Shown: one piece after another, positions 57,260-64,000 of the stretch
Layout: each line of letters begins with the position of its first letter
Numbering within the stretch: the first letter of the stretch is position 1
DNA from: an uncultured Elusimicrobia bacterium
Lineage (GTDB): Bacteria; Elusimicrobiota; Elusimicrobia; 2-01-FULL-59-12
Reading direction: 5' to 3'
DNA length: 64,000 nt
Assembly (NCBI GenBank): GCA_963702895.1
Contig: OY969767.1
Location: 416,001 to 480,000 of the forward strand
Program-made: the position numbers and the translations under genes
The notes under the pieces: model-generated
What the model was told of the DNA's origin: nothing
The model's database searches: none
What the model saw: the letters and a program-made list of their open reading frames with translations, nothing else

Positions 57260-59989
57260 GTGATGGAACGCATCATTGGAAAACATTGGCACCATTTGCC
57301 ATTCTCCGAAGTGGCCCAGCTTTTGGGTACGAGCGTCGAGCGGGGGCTTCCCCTTTTTGAGGTCCATCACCGCCAGGCCCAGTTCGGTCCCAATGAAGTG
57401 ACCGCCAAGAAGCCCCGCAGCGCTTGGCGCGCCTTTGTCTCCCAGTTCGCCCAGCCGCTCGTGTACCTCCTGGTCGTGGCCTCCGTGGTGACCGCGGTCT
57501 TGGCGCATTATGTGGATGCGGGGGTCATCTTTGGCGTGGTCTTCATCAATGCCATCGTGGGCTATCTTCAGGAGTCGAAGGCGGAAGCCGCCGTTGAATC
57601 GCTTAAAAGCATGGTCTTGACCGAGGCGACCGTCCTGCGTGACGGGACCAAGCGCCGCGTCTCCTCCCGGGAACTGGTGCCCGGCGATTTCGTGATCCTC
57701 CAATCCGGCGACAAAGTCCCCGCGGATTTGCGCCTCGTCGAATGTAAGGACCTCCAGGTGGACGAATCGGCGCTCACCGGGGAGTCGGTGCCTGTTCTTA
57801 AACAAGTGGGCCAGATGTCTGTCGAAACGGTGCTGGCAGACCGGCGATGCATGGCTTACGCGGGGACTTGGGCGACCTACGGACAGGGCCGAGGAGTGGT
57901 CGTGGCGATTGGCAATCGCACCGAGAGCGGCCAGATCGCCGAAATGATTTCCCGGGCGACCGACCTTTCGACCCCGCTCACGCGCAAGATCGCTGAATTT
58001 AGCGGTGTTTTGCTTTATGTGATCGGAGGACTTGCGATTCTGACCTTCGGGGTTGGCATACTCCGCAAAGAGCCCATGATCGACATGTTCATGGCCTCGG
58101 TCGCTCTGGCCGTTGGGATGATCCCCGAAGGCCTGCCGGCCGCGGTGACGATTACGCTTGCGATCGGGGTCAAGCGTTTGGCGGGACGCCGCGCGATCAT
58201 CCGAAAACTCCCGGCTGTCGAAACCCTGGGCAGCACGACCGTCATTTGCTCCGATAAAACGGGAACCATGACACAAAACCAAATGACAACCCAGCGGGTG
58301 CGCAGCGCGGAGGGTTCCTTTGAAGTCACAGGAACCGGGTATGCGCCTGAAGGACGGCTCGAGCGTGCAGACGGCGCGCCCCTGGCTTCACTTCCCTCGG
58401 GCGTCCAGAAGGTGCTCATCGCCGGTGCCTTGTGCAACGACTCCCACATCTCCCAAGAAGGAGGGCTTTGGAAAGTTCAAGGTGATCCCACCGAGGCCGC
58501 GCTCCTCGTCGCGGCGCGCAAAGCGGGCCTTTCTCCTGAAGATTTGGCCCAGACCCTGCCGCGAATCGACGTCATCCCTTTTGAGTCGGATCGTCAGTAC
58601 ATGGCGACGCTGCATCAGGTCCAGTCCAAAGCATCCCACCGGGTGTACGTCAAAGGGGCCGTGGAGCGCGTCTTAGACCTCTGCGACCGGCAGTTCGGCG
58701 CTGCGGGAAAGGAAGAAAAGCTGGACCGTGCCGCTATTCTGCGGGACGTCGAAGCGTATGCCAAAGAAGGCTTTCGGGTCCTTGCATTCGCCGAAGCGCC
58801 TGCGGAGGCAGCCCACCCGTCACTCACGCAAGCGGCTTGGCAGGGCCATCTGATCTTCACGGGACTCCAGGCGCTCATGGACCCGGCTCGCCCCGAGGTG
58901 ATGGCGGCTGTGGCCGCCTGCCACTCGGCGGGCATTCAAGTCAAGATGATCACGGGGGACCATGCCCTCACCGCACAGGCGATCGCCGCACAGCTCGGGC
59001 TGCGTGGTGGCGGATCACCCGGCAAGCTCAAGGTCCTGACCGGCCAAGAGCTCGCCGAGCTCACCGATGAACAGCTCATGACCGTGGCCGAGGAGACCTC
59101 CGTCTTTGCGCGCGTTGATCCCGCACAAAAGCTCCGTCTTGTGGAAGCGCTCCAGGCCCGCGGACACGTCGTGGCCATGACGGGAGACGGCGTGAACGAT
59201 GCTCCCGCTCTCAAACAAGCCGAAATCGGAATTGCGATGGGAAAAGCAGGGACCGATGTCGCACGGGAGGCCGCGGACATGCTCCTCACGGACGACAACT
59301 TCGCCACGATCGAAGCCGCGGTGGAGGAAGGTCGTGGCGTCTTCAACAACCTGACCAAATTCATCATCTGGACCCTCCCGACCAATCTTGGGGAGGGTGC
59401 GCTGATCATGTTTGCCATCTTTCTCGGCCTGGAACTCCCGGTCACGCCGGTGCAGATCCTCTGGATCAACATGACCACGGCGCTCTTCCTTGGTTTGATG
59501 CTTGCTTTTGAGCCAGCCGAGCCGGGCATCATGCGCCTCCCCCCGCGTGATCCCAAACAGCCGATCCTCACCCAAGCCCTCGCCATGAGAATCTTTCTCG
59601 TAAGCGCTGTGATGGCCGTGGGCGGGTTCTGGATCTACGACCATATTGTCGAGGGGGGAGGAAACGTGGCCGAAGCCCGGACGATCGTGGTGAACGTGAT
59701 CGTTTTTGTTGAGCTTTTCTATCTCTTCAACTGCCGGTCGATCACACGTTCTCCCGTCGCGGTGGGGTTTTTCGCCAACCCATGGGTGATCTTTGGCTCT
59801 GTTGGGATGGCTCTTCTGCAGATTCTCCTCACGTATGTCCCGCTCATGAACCGCTGGTTCGACACAGCGCCCATCTCGGGTGAGGGGTGGCTCAAGGTGC
59901 TGGCCTTGAGCGCCGTAAGCTATATCGTCATTGATCTTGAAAAGAGAGCTTGGCCGCTCTGGGCCCGCCTGAAACCAAAGGGCGTCTGA
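57260..59989 (+). CDS. P-type cation-transporting ATPase (type IIA, Ca2+-like)
   Basis: TGES, IPEGL, DKTGT, KGA, MITGD, TGDGVNDAPAL, ILWIN. Confidence 0.96.
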   Translation: MMERIIGKHWHHLPFSEVAQLLGTSVERGLPLFEVHHRQAQFGPNEVTAKKPRSAWRAFVSQFAQPLVYLLVVASVVTAVLAHYVDAGVIFGVVFINAIVGYLQESKAEAAVESLKSMVLTEATVLRDGTKRRVSSRELVPGDFVILQSGDKVPADLRLVECKDLQVDESALTGESVPVLKQVGQMSVETVLADRRCMAYAGTWATYGQGRGVVVAIGNRTESGQIAEMISRATDLSTPLTRKIAEFSGVLLYVIGGLAILTFGVGILRKEPMIDMFMASVALAVGMIPEGLPAAVTITLAIGVKRLAGRRAIIRKLPAVETLGSTTVICSDKTGTMTQNQMTTQRVRSAEGSFEVTGTGYAPEGRLERADGAPLASLPSGVQKVLIAGALCNDSHISQEGGLWKVQGDPTEAALLVAARKAGLSPEDLAQTLPRIDVIPFESDRQYMATLHQVQSKASHRVYVKGAVERVLDLCDRQFGAAGKEEKLDRAAILRDVEAYAKEGFRVLAFAEAPAEAAHPSLTQAAWQGHLIFTGLQALMDPARPEVMAAVAACHSAGIQVKMITGDHALTAQAIAAQLGLRGGGSPGKLKVLTGQELAELTDEQLMTVAEETSVFARVDPAQKLRLVEALQARGHVVAMTGDGVNDAPALKQAEIGIAMGKAGTDVAREAADMLLTDDNFATIEAAVEEGRGVFNNLTKFIIWTLPTNLGEGALIMFAIFLGLELPVTPVQILWINMTTALFLGLMLAFEPAEPGIMRLPPRDPKQPILTQALAMRIFLVSAVMAVGGFWIYDHIVEGGGNVAEARTIVVNVIVFVELFYLFNCRSITRSPVAVGFFANPWVIFGSVGMALLQILLTYVPLMNRWFDTAPISGEGWLKVLALSAVSYIVIDLEKRAWPLWARLKPKGV

Positions 59990-60022
59990 TTTTTCTGCGG
60001 CGATCATTCCGTCTGAAAGGAG

Positions 60023-60604
60023 ATGAAGAACATGGGGAAGGGACGACTGGAGGCTTTCAGCGATGGCGTGATTGCCATCATCATCACAATTATGGTGTTG
60101 GAGCTTAAAGTACCGCACGGGAGGGAGTTTTCGGAGCTTGCGCCGCTCGTGCCGGATCTTCTGAGCTACATCTTAAGTTTCGTTTATGTCGGGATCTACT
60201 GGAACAATCATCATCACATGCTGCAAGCGGTCCGCCAGGTCAACGGCCGGATCCTGTGGGCCAACCTCCACCTGCTCTTCTGGCTTTCCTTGGTCCCTTT
60301 TGTGACGCGTTGGATGGGGGAGTCGCATTTTGCCGTTTTGCCGGTCTCTCTCTACGGCATGGTCCTACTTATGGCCGCGATCGCCTATTTCATTCTGACG
60401 CGCTCCCTCATCCGGCATCACGGCAAAGATTCGGCGCTCGCCCTTGCCATTGGGAATGATTTCAAAGGAAAAGTTTCACTCGCCCTCTACGCGGTTGCCA
60501 TTCCTCTGGCTTATGCGAGCCCCTGGATTGCTGTTGGGCTTTATTGGCTTGTGGCTTTCATCTGGCTTGTGCCTGACCAACGCTTCGAGAAATCGATTCA
60601 CTAA
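60023..60604 (+). CDS. TMEM175-family K+ channel
   Basis: RLEAFSDGVIAIIITIMVLEL, WNNHH. Confidence 0.92.
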   Translation: MKNMGKGRLEAFSDGVIAIIITIMVLELKVPHGREFSELAPLVPDLLSYILSFVYVGIYWNNHHHMLQAVRQVNGRILWANLHLLFWLSLVPFVTRWMGESHFAVLPVSLYGMVLLMAAIAYFILTRSLIRHHGKDSALALAIGNDFKGKVSLALYAVAIPLAYASPWIAVGLYWLVAFIWLVPDQRFEKSIH

Positions 60605-60695
60605 CCCCACCCTCCACGACCAAGACAGCCTCTCCCCTCATGGCGGATGCCTCTCTATGGGCTGCTGCCGCTTCCTTTGCGCAAAGGGAGAGGTT

Positions 60696-60947
60696 GTGCT
60701 CACCGGGCTGCCAGACCCTCTTCGCTCAAGAAGCTTTAATACCGCGCGAGCAAGTGCCTTGGTCACCTTTCTTGCCCTAAGCATTCTCCGTGGTCCGATC
60801 GAGGCTTTCGTGACTCTGCTGGCGACCGTGGCGTTGGGGGCGGGCTTATACTTGGGGCTGAGGCTCGTTCAAGCATGGATGGGCCGTTTAGAACGGCCGC
60901 CTTTTTCTTCAAATCCTTCCCTTCACTTTCTTCAACAAGCCGCGTAA
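60696..60947 (+). CDS. Possible small membrane protein
   Basis: GGAGAGG RBS before GTG; two hydrophobic segments. Confidence 0.35.
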   Translation: MLTGLPDPLRSRSFNTARASALVTFLALSILRGPIEAFVTLLATVALGAGLYLGLRLVQAWMGRLERPPFSSNPSLHFLQQAA

Positions 60948-61021
60948 CGGCCACATCGCTGAAGTCACGATTGGCGTTTCGGTCCCTTTGACGAAGTTGC
61001 GCTTAAGAGGAGGGAGGGAAC

Positions 61022-62074
61022 TTAAGAATAGGTATAAGATTTGAGGACGATAAGCCACATGATGGCGAGGACGACCATGGCCCCTAGGGACTTCCCAAAG
61101 GACCCTCCTGGCCGCCTTTTCAGCTGAAGACCCACAATCAGAAGAGAAGTCAGCATGAAGCTGTCCAGCGGTTTCATCCAGAGCGCTTGCATCAAGGTGT
61201 ACCTGCTGCCAGGTTCCGGGTTCACCATGAGGAGAACGATTTTCATAAGCAGGGGAACCATGGCAAGTCCGGTGATTCGAACGGCAACACGGGCTGCCAC
61301 CGAAATGTGAACAACATCAGCAAACACGGCTAAAAACCCTGTGAGCATGGCCCAGGCGCCCATCACCGTGCCTACCGCACGAAGCAGTTCGAGCGCTTGG
61401 TCGGGGCCTTCAAAGATCATAAAACCCACAAGAAGGAACATCATGAAGGAAGCGCTCAGGATTGCCGAGAGCCGCCAAGTTTGAAAATGGGATGTTGAGG
61501 GAAGGCTCAAAGCGGGCACGGTCCCTCTTTCGTCGCCATCCAACTTGGGAGCGTTGCTCAGAAGAGGGAAGAGTGTTTGCTCGGGTCGTTGTGACATCAC
61601 GACGTCCTTCAAATGGATGGACGCCCGCTCGCTTTGGATGCTGCGAACCAGTGACTCCGGCGCAAGCGATAAGACGGGAGGCTCTTCAACGGCACGTGGC
61701 TGGTGGGGCAACTTGAGCAGTCGATGGATCTTTTCCTGCAAGATATCGATGTTGAACGGTTTGAGGAGATAGTCATCCGCGCCCATCATCGAGCCAAGCA
61801 GCTGCTGATTGGGGTGTCTCGCCGCGCCGCTCATCATGATGATCGGCATCGTGGCGGTCTCGGGATTTTCCCGGAAACGTTTCACCATTTGAAATCCGGT
61901 GGCATCGGGGAGCATCACATCCTGGATCACCAGATCAGGTCGGATTTCCTTGGCCTTCTCCCATCCCTCATTTCCGGAACGGACGACGGTCACATCGTGG
62001 CCTTCACTCGAGAGGAAGTCTTGGAGGAGCTGCGTCACCAGGGCGTCATCATCGATCACGAGGATACGGGACAT
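61022..62074 (-). CDS. Response regulator: REC fused to C-terminal multi-TM domain
   Basis: ILVIDDD, QDVMLP, YLLKP; about 5 C-terminal TMs. Confidence 0.85.
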   Translation of the reverse strand: MSRILVIDDDALVTQLLQDFLSSEGHDVTVVRSGNEGWEKAKEIRPDLVIQDVMLPDATGFQMVKRFRENPETATMPIIMMSGAARHPNQQLLGSMMGADDYLLKPFNIDILQEKIHRLLKLPHQPRAVEEPPVLSLAPESLVRSIQSERASIHLKDVVMSQRPEQTLFPLLSNAPKLDGDERGTVPALSLPSTSHFQTWRLSAILSASFMMFLLVGFMIFEGPDQALELLRAVGTVMGAWAMLTGFLAVFADVVHISVAARVAVRITGLAMVPLLMKIVLLMVNPEPGSRYTLMQALWMKPLDSFMLTSLLIVGLQLKRRPGGSFGKSLGAMVVLAIMWLIVLKSYTYS

Positions 62075-62356
62075 ACGCAACTCATAGGATATCATGCTTT
62101 TGAGCCTTTGGGGTTTCGTGTCCCTGATGAACGAGGCCAGTGGCGCTCAGGCGCATAACCGGCGTTAACTTTCCGCAGTGAAACACCCTATAAGGACAAC
62201 CTGTTTTAACCATGGCTGGATCGACGTCCTCCCGCGCGCTGAACAATGGCCTGGGGCCATTGTGGTAGGAAAAATATGGGAATTAGGCCTTGTCGAGGAT
62301 GGACTTAGAGGAAAGAAGGGGAAAATGGCACCTGGCGCGTCAAGGACCCGACAGCT

Positions 62357-63400
62357 TTAGAGTGTTTGGGTGTCGATGACGAAACGGTAGCGAACATCGC
62401 CCTTGAGGATGCGGTCGTAAGCCTCATTGATTTTGGAAGCGGGGATCACTTCCACGTCCGAATACACTTTGTTCTTGGCGCAATAATCGAGCATTTCCTG
62501 GGTTTCTCGTATTCCTCCGATCAGAGAACCGGCAAGGCGCCGGTTCCCCATGATCAGGGAAAAGGCTTGCAGCTCGGCGGCTTTGGGAGGCGCGCCCACG
62601 AGGACCATCACGCCACCCACCACAAGATGCTCGAGGTAAGCGTTCATATCATGAGGCGCGGAAACCGTGTCCAGAATGAAGTGGTACCGGTCTCTGAGCG
62701 CGGCGAGAACTTCGGGTCCAGAAGCGAGGACAAATTGCTGGGCCCCCAGGCGCCGCGCGTCTGGTCCTTTTTTGGCGGAGGAGCTAAAAACCGTCACGTC
62801 CGCTCCCATGGAAGCCGCGAGCTTCACCGCCATATGCCCCAACCCGCCAAGGCCGATCACGCCCACCTTTTGTCCTTTTCCGACTTTCCATTGCCGCAAG
62901 GGGGAGTAGGTGGTAATGCCCGCGCACAAAAGGGGTGCCGCGCGCTCCAGAGGCATTTTGGGAGGGATCTTGAGCGCGTAGGTCTCATCCACAACGATCT
63001 GGGAGGAATAGCCGCCATACGTAGGCGTTTTCATATCCATTTCGGTGGAGTTATAGGTAAAGGCCGTATGGACAGAGCAATACTGTTGCTGCTGCTTCTT
63101 GCAAGCGGGGCATCTCCGGCAAGAATCCACGAAACAACCCACGCCTGCTGCCGCACCCACTTTAAAGCGTTTGACTTTGGATCCGATACGGGAGACGAGC
63201 CCCACGATCTCATGCCCGGGCACCATGGGGAAGGCTGAGCCTCCCCACTCATCGCGCGCCTGGTGAATGTCCGAGTGACAGATGCCGCAGAAGAGGATGT
63301 CGATGAGGATGTCATGGGGACCCAGTTCGCGCCTGTGGAACGGGTAAGGTTCCAGGGGGCTTCCGGCTTGGTGGGCGGCGTATCCTTTGACGGGAATCAT
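62357..63400 (-). CDS. Zn-dependent NAD(P) alcohol dehydrogenase (CAD/YahK-like)
   Basis: CGICHSD, GHEIVG, structural Cys cluster, GLGGLG, RYRFVID. Confidence 0.95.
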   Translation of the reverse strand: MIPVKGYAAHQAGSPLEPYPFHRRELGPHDILIDILFCGICHSDIHQARDEWGGSAFPMVPGHEIVGLVSRIGSKVKRFKVGAAAGVGCFVDSCRRCPACKKQQQQYCSVHTAFTYNSTEMDMKTPTYGGYSSQIVVDETYALKIPPKMPLERAAPLLCAGITTYSPLRQWKVGKGQKVGVIGLGGLGHMAVKLAASMGADVTVFSSSAKKGPDARRLGAQQFVLASGPEVLAALRDRYHFILDTVSAPHDMNAYLEHLVVGGVMVLVGAPPKAAELQAFSLIMGNRRLAGSLIGGIRETQEMLDYCAKNKVYSDVEVIPASKINEAYDRILKGDVRYRFVIDTQTL

Positions 63401-63411
63401 CGGCGTTTCCT

Positions 63412-64000
63412 CTACTTCTCTGCCGGGGCGGCGGTGAACTCGTAAGCATCATAGCCAGTGAGGGTCGCTTTGACAAATCGGCCGCGCCGCGCGGCAGAGC
63501 GCGGAAGCCGCACCACGGCATCAATCTCAGGGGCTTCGCGGCGCGTGCGGCCCAGCGCCGACTCGCCTTCCGTCTCTTCTAAGAGAATCGTCTCTGTGGT
63601 GCCGATCCGGTTTTGGGCTTTGGTGTGAGCCACGTCATAGTAGGCCTCCGTGAGGGCCTTTAGACGGTTTTGTTTTTCATCTTCCGAGATCTGGTCCGGT
63701 CTTTGGGCGGCCGGGGTCCCCTCTTCCCGGGAGTACGCAAAGGCGCCGAGGTAATCAAAGTGGCCTTCTTTGATGAAGTCGAGAAGGCAGAGAAATTGTT
63801 TTTCCGTTTCGCCGGGCGCGCCCACGATGAACGTCGTCCGAAGGGCGAGCGCCGGCGCCCGGCGGTGGATCGTGTCCAGAAGCTTACGCAAACCCGCTTC
63901 GTCCGTTTTGCGCTTCATCTCGGCGAGCATCCTGGAGTCGATGTGCTGCAGCGGCATATCGAGGTAGGGGAACTTCTCCGGCCTTTCTGCGAGGACGTCA
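63412..64000 (-). CDS. rimO: Ribosomal protein S12 methylthiotransferase, C-terminal part
   Basis: YLDMPLQH, RTTFIVG.PGET, YSREEGT, GR....APEID TRAM domain. Confidence 0.88.
   Translation of the reverse strand, partial: DVLAERPEKFPYLDMPLQHIDSRMLAEMKRKTDEAGLRKLLDTIHRRAPALALRTTFIVGAPGETEKQFLCLLDFIKEGHFDYLGAFAYSREEGTPAAQRPDQISEDEKQNRLKALTEAYYDVAHTKAQNRIGTTETILLEETEGESALGRTRREAPEIDAVVRLPRSAARRGRFVKATLTGYDAYEFTAAPAEK

Noticed and set aside
56798..58282. Long antisense ORFs opposite the ATPase, carB, kinase and hppA
   Set aside because: Shadow frames expected from GC-rich codon usage

Overview
GC-rich bacterial chromosomal window from a probable diderm (Omp85-type barrel, lipoproteins); the lineage cannot be fixed from sequence alone. 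Ordinary genes include carB, hppA, corA, trmJ, partial rimO, a P-type ATPase, a TMEM175 channel and two-component/c-di-GMP signalling genes. It also has a c-di-AMP riboswitch with a KimA-like K+ transporter, two toxin-antitoxin pairs (BrnTA, AbiE) and a crtM-less C30 carotenoid operon. The main non-coding feature is a dispersed 150-260 bp palindromic MITE/REP-like repeat with about 10 copies. Three different mobile elements sit inside copies of it: an IS110 whose bridge-RNA guides match the repeat, an IS1111-type IS110, and a group II intron whose EBS1 is complementary to the repeat terminus. The repeat also carries tandem 20-24 bp hairpin modules. Other highlights are a divergent pair of paralogous, covarying structured RNA-like elements (31572-32112) that I cannot assign to a family, and a 3324-aa membrane protein fusing RelA/SpoT, HD hydrolase and MidA/NDUFAF7 methyltransferase modules.
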